Below, one piece after another: positions 1 to 9,957 of a stretch of DNA of 20,000 nt. Origin of the DNA: Scenedesmus sp. PABB004 (Eukaryota); assembly GCA_014905635.1 (NCBI GenBank), contig JABVCE010000041.1, positions 169,092-189,091 of the forward strand. Reading direction: 5' to 3'. The position numbers and the translations under genes are program-made. The stretch's first letter is position 1, and the number at the start of each line of letters is the position of its first letter. The notes beneath the pieces were generated by a model that made no database searches, was not told the origin of the DNA, and was given only the letters and a program-made list of their open reading frames with translations.

Positions 1-2210
1 GACCTCGTGGCGTTGGCTGTCGATGATCGCCCACGCTGGCGGCTGCAGGCCGGGCATGTCGAACACCGCGGGCCCCCGCCCGCGCACGATGCCCTTGACC
101 GCCTGCACGCTCTCGCCCTTGGTCACGACCAGCACGCGCGAGAGGTCGACGTGGATGGCCTCCAGCCAGGCCAGCCAGTTCTGCAGCACCGCCTCGTAGC
201 CGTTGCTGACCTCAGTCACGATGATGGGCTGCACCTTGCCGCTCGCGGTCGACACCTGGATGGCCAGGTCGCGCAGCTGACCCATCACGTCCGGCGCCTC
301 CAGCCACAACGGCATCACTGCAGCAGCGCGTGGCGCGGGCGCGCAGCAGCGCGTGGCGCGGGCGCGCAGCGGCGCGCACGCACTGAGCAGGGCGCATGGC
401 AGACCTGACCTGACCGCTGGTGCAGCCCACGCCGTCCAGCCTCTGCCCCCCCCCCTCCCGCAAGCAGGCGCAGCACGCGTGCCCCGCACCGAGGCCGGTC
501 TCCGAGCGGTAGTCAAACGCCTCCAGCGCGTTGGTGATCTCCCTGTCAATGCTGCGGATGGCCTGCGCCAGCGCCGGGTCCGGGCCGAGCCACGCGCTCT
601 GCAGCAGCGGCAGCCCCGGGCAGCAGCTCAGCGGAGCGGGGCGCGAGCGAGCCGCGGCAGGCTGGGCACCGCGGGGCGCGCGCGGTCCGCCGCCGTGCCA
701 GCCTCCGCCGCCGCGCCAGCCTCGCCGCACCCCACCTGCCAGCGGTTGACCTCACACTTGTTGACGTCGATGGCGCTGGCCGCCCGGCTGACGGCGGCTT
801 CGTCGTAGGGGATGCCGGCGTTGATGAAGAGCGTGCGGATGGCGCCGTGGATGGTGCTCGCGTCACAAAAGTCCTCCAAGCTGCGCCCGCAGGCGCGCGG
901 CGTCAGACATCTCCACATGGGGCCGCCGGTTGCTGTGTGGCCGGCGCTGGCTGCGCCCAGGCTGTGCCGCACTCACCGCGTGATCGAGTAGCGCCCGCTC
1001 ACGCCCAGGCCGTTGCTCGTTGCCCACTTCTTGGCGTTCATGTTGACCGCCGCCCACGTTTCAGCCGCCGCTCGTGAAAAGTTGGATGTGTGCAGCTCCG
1101 TGTCAGCGTACTCGTCTCCTGTGCGAGCGGCGGTGGCTGGGCGCCTGCGCCAGCTGCGCCCGCGGCCGGCCGTGGCAGCTGCGGCAGCCGCGCCCTCACC
1201 TGTCAGGGTCTGGATGTAGTGCCGCTGGAACGGCATCGTCGTGCGCAGGTTGGTGCTGTTGAGGTTGCTGAGCGCCACGTCGCGCCCGTCACGCACTTGG
1301 TGGACGACGTGAAGGTTGGGGAACACCTGCCGGGAGGCGTGCGGCTCAGCGCGGCAGCACGCACAGCTCCTAAACCCTGCCGCACGCACGCACCTCCACC
1401 AGGAACGGCAGCGTGAAGATGGCCTGCGGCTCCTTCCACGCCCACACGGTCACGTCGTCCGGCACCGCCGCCAGCATCTCTTCGGCGGCCTGCGGTGCGG
1501 CGGCGGGCAGCACCTCGCACCGCGCGCACATGCGCTCGCTGCCGTTGGCCGCCAGGACGCCCGCGCGCGTGCGCCAACCGCGCCGCCCACCTGCTTGTGT
1601 CCCCGCAGCAGCTGCCGGCGCACGCCGTCCGACAGGTCGGACAGCCGGTAGCCCGCGGGCGAGCGCCGCGTCTCCCAGATCAGCCCCTCCTCGGTGCCTG
1701 CGGGCGCGCCGCGCGTCGGCTGCTGAGCATGGGCACGGTCAAGGCGCCGCCGCCTCTGGCGCCGCCCGAGCCTGCTCCTGGCGCCGCCCAAGCCTGCTGG
1801 CGCCGCCCGCTGCCGCTGCTGCCACCGCTGCCCAGCCGCTGCTGTGGCGCTGCCCGGGCAGCGCGCGCCTGGCAGTCCGAACGCTGCCGTGTTCTTCACG
1901 TTGTCGATGAAGATGCGTGAATCAAACTCCTCGTTGGTGTCGGGATGCATCCACACGCCCGCCGCCTCCAGCAGCCGGTGCACCGTGCGCGTGCCCGAGC
2001 CTGCGCTCGCCGGGACGGCGGTGACCCTCGCGCGCCGCTCACGCTGCGCGCCGCGCAGCGCCCCTGGCGCGCGGGCAGTACCCCGAGACTCTCGTCACCT
2101 GCGGTGCCTACGATGACAACCACGCGCTTGTCCGCTTTGCCGCCTGGGGCCGCCGCCGCCGCTGCGGCCGCGAGCAGCAGCGCGCCCGCCAGCGCGCCCC
2201 AGCGCGCCAT
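1..2210 (-). CDS. Secretory-pathway sulfotransferase (Sulfotransfer_3-like) fused to a C-terminal nucleotide-diphospho-sugar transferase (GT77/PF03407-like) domain; 3' end beyond window
   Basis: Manual splicing, exons (-): 2210-2099, 2000-1869, 1697-1591, 1489-1394, 1326-1200, 1118-977, 880-736, 598-490, 317-<1; all phases consistent. Signal peptide MARWGALAGALLLAAAAAA; 5'-PSB-like VIVGTAGSGTRTVHRLL; WAWKEP; 3'-PB motif FPNLHVVHQVRDGRDVALS; RLEDF. The last exon has IIVTEVSNGYEAVLQNWLAWLEAIHVDLSRVLVVT, resembling the GT77 N-terminal motif. Confidence 0.8.
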
Positions 2211-2531
2211 CGGCCTGCGCGCCGGCCTCAGCTACGCATGGCTGAACCACGCCGTTACCGCATGCTGGCGCAGCGCCGCGTTGCGCGCACGCGAGCGCGG
2301 CCGCGTTTGCGCGAATGCGTTTGCGGCGGTCGAGCGCAGCGGGCAGCGCGCCGGGGCTAGGTGAAGAGATGTCGAAGCTATGACGGTGAGCGGAATGCGG
2401 TGAGGCTGCAGCCAGGAGCTCGCGGCCTTCGCTGGCAGCCGGGCGGCCGCGCCCGCGCCGTCTTCGGCGCGGCGGCCGCGTGGGCGGCGCGGGCCACGCG
2501 TGGGGCGCCGGCAGCTGCCAGGCACGTCGCT

Positions 2532-4233
2532 TTACGCCTCACGCTCCTTGGAGACCCAGTGGGACACCATGATCGAGTCGAACACGATCTGCCCGAGGTG
2601 CGCCAGCACGCATGGCACGACCGCGGCGCCCACCGCCGCCTCGCCCAGCACTGGCGCGAGCTTGGCGCACACGGTCACCGCGACCGGCAGCGTCTTGACG
2701 GACGCGACCAGCAGCACTGCGCGCCGCACGTCCCGACCCGCGCGCCCCGGGCCGCCCAGCTGCAGCAGCCTGCGGGGGCGGCGGCGGGTGCCACACGCTC
2801 GGCGAGCGCCAGCGTGCGCAGGGCCGCCCGAGCGCGCGCGCCCGTCGCCGGCGCGCCTGGTGGCGGTCAAGTTCAGCGCAAGGAACGTTGCGTGGATTCC
2901 GATGCCGGCAGCAGCTGTGCACAGCAGGGCGGCCGCGTCGAGCGCGACTCGCTGGCTGACGGCCTTGCTGATCTGCATCCACGGCACCAGCGCCAGCAGC
3001 CCCGCGGCAACGTACGAGAGCAGCCGCTTCCGCGCGTCGATCGCCTGCGCAGCGCCTGCCAGAGCAGCGCGCAGCGCGGGGCTCGGCGGTCAAATGCGCA
3101 GGCGACAGGCGTCGGCGCCGCATCGGCGCGGCGCCAGGCGTCGGTGCCGCGCGGCGCGGCGCAGCGCCGCCGCACCTGGCACGAAGCCTCGGATGGAGGC
3201 GCCCAGCAGCGTGGGCAGCAGGATGGTCTGGCACAGCTGCGCGAGGAGCGGCAGCGGCTCGAGCACGAGCCCCGCCGCGCCCGCGGCCTGCGCGGCGGGC
3301 GCCGCCGCGAGGACGTGGGGCAGCAGGAAGGGCATCGTGAAGATGCCGAGAATGTTTGACGCCACCGTCAGCAGCAGCGCGAGCGACACGTTGCCGCCCA
3401 CTTGCTGCGCGCGGGCGGATGCGGGGCGCGGAAGGTGGGCGCGGGCGCCCGCGCGGGGCGGGGCGCGGCGCGCGCCGCCGACGCCCGGCGCCGCGCCTGC
3501 GTGAACGTGACGCCGCTGGAGAGCGCGGTGGGCATGGAGCAGAACACGCCGAGGCCCAGCGCGAGCGTGGACGGCTGCAACGGCAGCCGCACGACCAGCA
3601 GCCCGAGCAGTGGCGTGAGGAGCAGGATTGAGAGCAGGCCGTACGCGATCGCGCCCCGCGCCGACAGCGCGGCCGCCGCCTCCTTGCGCCGCAGCTGCAG
3701 GCCCTGCGCGCGGCGCGGCGCGGCGCAGCGAAGGCCGTGCGCGGCCGCCGCGCGCCGCGGCGCGTGCGCCCGTCTGGCCGCGCCGCACGCGCCCTGTGCC
3801 GCACCTGCACCACGAAGATGCCAAACGTCGTGATCGCTGGGACCTGCAGCCCCGCCGCCGCGACGCCCAGGCCCGGGCAGGCCGCGCCGAGCGCCATCGC
3901 GGTGAGCAGCGCAAGCGGCAGGAAGTGCGCCTGCGCAAAGGCCGCCACCGCGGCCGCCCAGCCAGCGACTGCTGCAGGAGGGCCCCCGGCTGCGCCGCCA
4001 GCCGCCGCAGCCGCGCGCCAGCAGCGCCGGAGCGCCGCAGCAGCGGCGCCCGCCCGCGCCGGCGCGGGCCACGGCGGCGCCGCGCGCGTGCCCGTCCGCG
4101 AGGCCTGCAGGCGCCATGCGCGGCAAAGCGCAGCGCCGGAGGCACGCCGCGGCGCGCACGGCGCCGCTGCTGCCGCCGGGCGCGCCGCCGCCGCTGGGCG
4201 CCCCGCCGACAGGGCGCGTTGCGGGCTCGCCAT
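2532..4233 (-). CDS. BASS4: Plastid sodium/metabolite (bile acid:sodium symporter family, SBF-like) transporter, BASS4-like
   Basis: Exons (-): 4233-3805, 3703-3497, 3404-3176, 3055-2857, 2769-2532 (TAA). Ala/Arg-rich transit-peptide-like N-terminus; motifs HFLPLALL, FGIFVVQGLQLR, FCSMPTALSSGVTFTQQVGGNVSLALLLTVASNILGIFTMPF, LVPWMQISK, ASVKTLPVAVTV, PCVLAHLGQIVFDS match the BASS4/SLC10A7 group. Alternative start ATG at 4242. Confidence 0.85.
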
Positions 4234-4521
4234 GACGCGCATGTGAGTCGTTACGATCTCGGGAGGGCTGTTCTGGTCGGTGCGAAGGGGTCGCTCCACG
4301 CAGCAGCAGCAGCAGCAGCGCTGGCAAGAGCCGGTCAAACGATGGCGTCGCTTGGCTGCTCGAGCGCGGCCAGCTGCGCGCGCGCCGGCCGACTCGTCGG
4401 CCTGCCGACGACGGCGCCGAGCCCTCACGGCCGCCGCCATTGCTGCTCACCGCTGGTGACGCGCCGCTGGGGGTCCAACGTGGCGGTCACAGGCCGCGGT
4501 GAGCGGCGCGCCGCCCGCCGC

Positions 4522-4551
4522 TCAGCGCGCGGCGCTGTCCAAGCGCGCCCG

Positions 4552-4638
<87 letters not shown>

Positions 4639-5307
4639 CTCGCCGCCGCCCTCGCCCTCGCCGCCGCCCTCGCCCTCGCCCTCGCCCTCGCCCTCGCCCT
4701 CGCCCTCGCCCTCGCCCTCGCCCTCGCCCTCGCCCTCGCCCTCGCCCTCGCCCTCGCCCTCGCCCTCGCCCTCGCCCTCGCCCTCGCGCTCGCTCGCCGC
4801 CGCCGCGGCGAGCGCGGCCACGTACGCGTGCTGCAGCCAGAGCAGCAGGGACCAAAACCCCAGCATCAGCGTCCAAAACTCCACCTGCTCGCTCAGCTGC
4901 GCCGCTCCAGTCGCGGCCTGCTCGCTCAGCTGGGCGGCTCGCTGCGCGCGGTTGCGGCGGCGTGTTGCCGCAGCGGCAGCTCCCACGGCCCGCCTCTGCT
5001 CTGCGATCGAACGCGTAACCAGGTGCGCCGGCAGCGGCTCGCCCGGGTGCTGCGGGCGCGCGGCGCGCGGCGCGGCGCGGCAGGGCTCGGCGCCGACCGC
5101 CTGCGGCAGCGGCGTGGCCGCCGCGCGCGCGCGCAGGGCGCAGCTCACGCTGCCGGCGTAGGCGGCGGCCAGCTCGGGCTTGCGGTCGCTGTACCACCGA
5201 TCGGACACAGCGTCCACGGTCCTGTCGCGGCGGCGAGGGTGAGGCGGCAGGGTCGAGGGCAGCGTGTTAACAGCAGCCGCGGGCGCAAGAAGCTGCGGGG
5301 CGCGAGC

Positions 5308-5375
<68 letters not shown>

Positions 5376-7906
5376 AGCGGCGCCCACCTGTCGGCGAGGC
5401 CGGGCGGCAGGCCCCTGAGCGCGAGCGCGGTGCGGCCCATGGACGAGCCGGCGCCGTACTGGCTCTCCGCCAGGTCCGCCACCAGGTCGTCCTCGTCCTG
5501 GTCCCAGCAAGCGTCGACACCCAGCTTGGGGAACGCCGCGCTGAACTCGGCCTCCAGCTCGCGGCGCTGCTGGACGTCTGTGCACAGACGGCGACGAGAG
5601 CGCAGCGGGCTCAGCGGCGACGACGGGGCGGTGCCGCCCGACCCGCCCCGCGCAGCGCGCAGCACGCTGCGCGCAGCCCCGCGGCCCGGTGCTCACTCTC
5701 GGCCGTGAGCGGCGTGAGCAGCTCCGTGGCGGCGCGCACGGCCTCGGGTCCGATGCTGGCCAGGTCGAACAGGCTGCCCAGGCCGGGCAGGTAGCTGGCC
5801 ACGCTCGCGCTGCTCAGCAGCAGCGGGGGCAGGCCGCTGGCGAGGAGCCCGTCCACGCGCGTGGGCGCGCAGAGCGCGACGTAGCCGCGGCGGGCCGCGG
5901 GCATGTCCTGCCAGAGGCCGACCGACGCGCGCTGCGGGAGGATGCGGGTGAGGTAGGCCTTCGGCCCGTTGGTGTCCTCCGCGCAGAGCGCGGCCAGCTG
6001 CGGCGGGCAGGGGCGCGGCGACGGCGGCGTCGGCGCTGCGGCGGCCGCACGCGCGCCCAGCACGCGCCCAGCACGCGCGTGCGCAGCGCGCCGCCGCCGC
6101 GGCCGGCACGGCCCCCGCCCCACCGCCCCACGCACCAGGCCCGCGGGGCCGCCCTTCTCCCCGCTCATCCACTCGCCCACGCTGCGCCAGTGGTTGCGCA
6201 GCCACCCGCCCACGCCGGCCCAGATCGCGACAGCGCCGCGGCCTGGTGCGAAGGGAGGAGGGACGGGGGCGGGGCAGGGGGAGAGAGATGTTGACGCCAG
6301 GGGGGGGGGGGCTGCAGTGGGGCAGCAGCGCTGAGGCGGCGCCCGCGCGGCGCGCGCAGCGGCGCCCCCCGCCGCACCGCGCCAGAGGCAGTAGTCGCCG
6401 GGCGAGGTGATCGCGGTCACCTCCCAGAACGCGGCGACCTGCAGCGCGTTGACCGGGTCCGTCGCGAGGCGCTGCAGCGTCATCACCTCGCCGAGCTGCA
6501 TGTTGACGAAGCATGGGGCCGTCAGCAGCATCGACTTAAAGTCGTACCGCTGCAGCGGCGACTCGGCGCCGCCCCTGGCGGCAGACGGCGCGGCACGGCG
6601 CGACGCGTGTGGGCGCGCGGCGCAGCGCCCAGCGCGCGCAGCCGCCAGCAGCGGCGCAGCGTGGCCGCGCGTGCTGCCGCGCGCCGCGGCCGAGCGCCAA
6701 CGCGCAGCGGCGCGGCGGCGGCGCGGTGACGCACTTGGACCTGGGGTCGAGGCGCACGACGACCGTGGCGGTCGTGAACACCTGCTCCGCCGCCGCCGCT
6801 GCCTCCATCTCGAGCGCGACAACCTGCGCCTCCGTGGCCGCCGGCAGCTGCGCCTGCAGCTGCGCGAGCGCCTGCCGCGCGGCAGCCAGGCGCCCGATCG
6901 GCTCCACAAACTGGGACCAGCGCGGGCCGTTGATGCTGCCCCGCCTGGACTGACTGGCCTCGGCCAGGGCAACGCCCAGGGCAACGCCCGCGTCGCGCAC
7001 CGCTGACAGCGCTGCTGCCAGCTGCTCCGCCGCCGCTGCGAGCACCGCGGCCTTTGCATGCTCGAAGTCCAGCGCGATCTTGAGCACGCGGAGCGTGTGG
7101 TCCTTTGTGAGCGCGAAGAGCACATCGCCATCCTGCTCGATGAGCAGGCGCTGCCGCTGCCAGATGATGCTGCGCAGCGGAGCGCCGCGGAGCGCCGGGC
7201 CGTCAGAGGGGGCCGGGCCGTCAGAGGGGGGCGGGTATCATGACGGGCGGTCCGGGGGGAGGAGGCGAAAGGGTGCCCCGCGGCCGTGCAGCGCGGCCGC
7301 GCAGGCGCCTGCGCCGCACGCCGCGGCGGCGGCCGCTCACCAGCGGAGCATGAACTCCCAGTCGCCCTCGCCACCGTCGGCCACGGTGACGCTGATGGGG
7401 AAGGGCTCGGCGCCGTCCTCAAACACCTCGCGCAGCATGCCCGCGCGGTCCTCGCGGTCCTTGCGCGCGTCGCCGCGCACGCGGCAGGAGGCGACGTTGG
7501 CCACGGCCTCAGAGCGGGCCGCCCAGGGGTGCTTGTAGAAGGGCAGGAACGACTCCTGGGCCAGCTGGGCGCGCGTGGCAGGGCGGAGGGCGAGCGTGAG
7601 GCGGGGGGCGCGCGCGCCGCGCGCGACGCGCGGCGGCGCGCGCAGCGGCGGCGCGCGCAGCGGCGACGCGCCCGCCCGCCGGCGCACCTCAAACTTCATC
7701 TGCGACGGGCAGGCGCTGCGCAGGCGCTCGAAGAAGCGCTCCAGCTTGCCGTTGCCGGGCAGCCGGTACGCCAGGTAGGCGTCCGCCAGCATCGCCAGCA
7801 TGGCGTCGTCGCCCCGGCCGAAGGCGGCGACGACAAGCTCGTAGAGATCGCCGTCCGTGATGGCCACCCAGCAAAGGACCTGCCACTGCAGGGCGGTGAG
7901 CGCCAT
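4522..7906 (-). CDS. Hypothetical multi-exon protein with a C-terminal hydrophobic segment and (EG)n/poly-Gly tail
   Basis: Exons (-): 7906-7688, 7564-7341, 7169-6735, 6574-6378, 6242-6136, 5997-5697, 5577-5388, 5221-4522. All junctions are GT-AG with consistent phases and strong GC3 bias; globular-looking sequence (e.g. YDFKSMLLTAPCFVNMQLGEVMTLQRLATDP). No family recognised; the last exon and stop are uncertain. Confidence 0.65.
4552..4787. repeat. Compound microsatellite: (GCC)~29 followed by (CTCGCC)n
   Basis: Pure GCC run 4552-4638, then mixed GCC/CTCGCC units grading into a pure hexamer array to ~4787. Confidence 0.95.
5308..5375. repeat. (GGC)~22 trinucleotide microsatellite, intronic
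   Basis: Direct reading; lies inside predicted intron 5222-5387 of the hypothetical gene. Confidence 0.95.
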
Positions 7907-8719
7907 GGCGGCGACGTCTGGCGGCGGTCGGGCGCGGCGACGGCGCGGCAGGTGCGGCGTGAGCCGGGCGCCACGCCGGGGCGGTCGCGGGGAGGGGACG
8001 GCGTGCAGGGTCTGCGACTAGCCCCCAGGCCAGGCCCGCAGCGGCGACGGGCGCGCCGCGGCGCTGCGTCGAGCGCGCGAAGCAGCGGCGGCGCCGGCGC
8101 CGCAGCGCGCCCCCCGACGCGCCAGCGCACCCTTGAGCCTAGACGCGGGGCCGGGCGCGTGCCCAAATGATCGGCAGGCGGCTGTGCGGCGGCTCGACGA
8201 GGCTCAAAGGTGGCGGCGGAGAGCGGAAGTGATCGCACCGGCCGCGACGGCGCTCGTGCGCCCTAGGAGCGCGCCTGGTTGCGCGGAGTGCTCTTCCAAA
8301 GCGCGATCGACGCCGGGCTGCGCGGCGGGTGCTGCAAGGGCGGGTGCGTCCGCCAAACCGCAGCCCGCGCCGCGCCGGCCTCGCAGCGCCGGCACGCCCG
8401 CACGGGCCCAGCAGCAGCAGCAGCAGATCTGGCTGGTTGGCCAGCCGGCAGCTGGCCCCTGGCCCAGGAAAGCGCGCACCCAGGCGCCGCCGCCGCCCGG
8501 CAGCGCGCGCCGCCGCCGCCGCGCCGCGCGGTCACGCGTCCTGCGCCACCGCCCTGGAGTCAGGGGCGGCCATGTGACTGGCCCGCGTCACTGCTACCTG
8601 CAACCGTCACTGCCGCCTGCCTCCGTGCGTCGGCCAGCCTGCGCCGTCGCGCCGTGCGCGGCCGCGCGGCCGACTGCGCGCGCGCGCGGCTGCGGCCAGG
8701 CTGCGCACGCGCGCGCGTC

Positions 8720-8724
8720 TTACA
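8720..8724 (-). promoter_or_regulatory. Putative chlorophyte polyadenylation signal TGTAA
   Basis: ttaca on + = TGTAA on -, about 100 nt downstream of the predicted stop at 8826. UGUAA is the established Chlamydomonas-type poly(A) element and is rare in this GC-rich DNA. Confidence 0.55.
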
Positions 8725-8825
8725 CGGCGCGCAGCTGCTGCCTGGCCCGGCGGCGCGGCAACTCAATGCCCCGCCAGACTCGCCTGCCCGCCACCGCCAA
8801 TGCGCGCCACCGCAGCACGCCCTCT

Positions 8826-9559
8826 TCATGCCAGGCTGGCGCGCTGCGGCGTGACCGCCTTGCGCCGGTGGCTGCCCGTGCTGCGCACGCTGTGGTCGCT
8901 GTCGTTGCCGTCGCCGCTGCCGTCCGCGCCGCCGCGCCCGCCGCCGGCAGTCGGCGGCGTGGCGCTCGCGCTCGCGGGGTCAACCGCCGGCCACGCTGCG
9001 TCGGCCACGCGCCGGCGCCGCCTGCGCGCCCACTCCCAGCCCAGCCCAGGCGGGCGCAAGGCGCTCACTTCCAACCCATCTCGTGCAGCAGCATGCGCAT
9101 CTCGCGCGGCAGCGGCGCCACGACGGTGACGGGCCGCTGGCGCGGGCGGAGCAGCACCACTTCGCGGCAGTGCAGCAGCAGCGGCGCGGCGCCGCCGTCT
9201 CCGCTGCCGCCGCCACGCTCCCCCGCCGCCGGGTCGGCGGCCGGCAGCTCCGCCTGGTCCTCGCCGCTGCCGTCGGCCGCCGCCAGCGCGGCGCCCCAGG
9301 CTGCGCCGGCGCCCCAGGCTGCGCCGGCGCCCGGCGAGGCAAAGCCGCCACGCACGCTCAAGCCGGACAGCGCTGACCCCAGCATCAGCCGTCCGCTCAA
9401 GCCCTGCGCGCGCGGCAGGTCGCTCGCCGCCGCGGCGGCCTCCAGCGCGTCCAGCAGACCCTCGCGGTGCTCTGCCAGGCCGGACGCGTTGTCCAGCGGC
9501 TTGGCGGCGGCGGCGGCGGCAGCGAACAGCAGCAGCGCGATCGCGGCCGTGCGGCGCAT
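8826..9559 (-). CDS. Small signal-peptide-bearing hypothetical protein containing an RluA/RluD pseudouridine-synthase-like C-terminal motif
   Basis: ATG 9559, MRRTAAIALLLFAAAAAAAKP signal-like; exon 9559-9069 ends LLLHCREVVLLRPRQRPVTVVAPLPREMRMLLHEMGWK. It either stops at TGA 9065-9067 or splices (AA|GTGAGC, 47-nt intron 9022-9068) to exon 9021-8826. Confidence 0.5.
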
Positions 9560-9650
9560 GGTGGCGACGCCTGGCGCGGGTTGGTGGCGACGCCTGGCGC
9601 GGGTTGGTGGCGACGCCTGGCGCGGGTTGGTGGCGACGCCTGGCGCGGTT
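9559..9650. repeat. 23-bp minisatellite x4 (TGGTGGCGACGCCTGGCGCGGGT)
   Basis: Three perfect copies and one near-perfect copy, abutting the minus-strand ATG at 9559. Confidence 0.95.
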
Positions 9651-9957
9651 CGGCGCTATGAGCGATGCCCGGCTTGACCCGGCTCGCCGGCTCCCCGCGA
9701 GTGACCGGGCTCCCCCCGCCACTGGCTCCGGTCGCACCGCACGCAGACTTGCACGCTGCACGCAGCGCGCGCGACCGAGCTGCAGACCCTGGGCGCGGCC
9801 AGGCCGGCTGGGGAGCGCGGGAGCAGCTGCCCGAGCGCCGCGGCTCGCGCCAGCCCACGCACAGCTCGCAGAGCTCGCGATACTGATTCTGGAGCTTGTC
9901 GGTCACTGCGCCAGCCGCCCACGCCGCCCGGCACGCCGGACCGCCGCCCCTGCCAGC

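Noticed and set aside
1369..1378. Interstitial telomere-like CCTAAACCCT
   Set aside because: Single unit within an intron; compatible with chance.
4499..5161. Plus-strand extensin/HRGP gene (poly-P, SP repeats)
   Set aside because: No ATG or signal peptide exon found; downstream sequence has coding bias on the minus strand.
7907..8719. Possible gene in ORFs 8279-8854 (+) or 8204-8479 (-)
   Set aside because: No ATG-led, codon-biased or motif-bearing frame and no consistent splice model; likely promoter/UTR.
9559..9650. 23-bp repeats as a CRISPR array
   Set aside because: Head-to-tail with no spacers, no cas genes, eukaryotic context.
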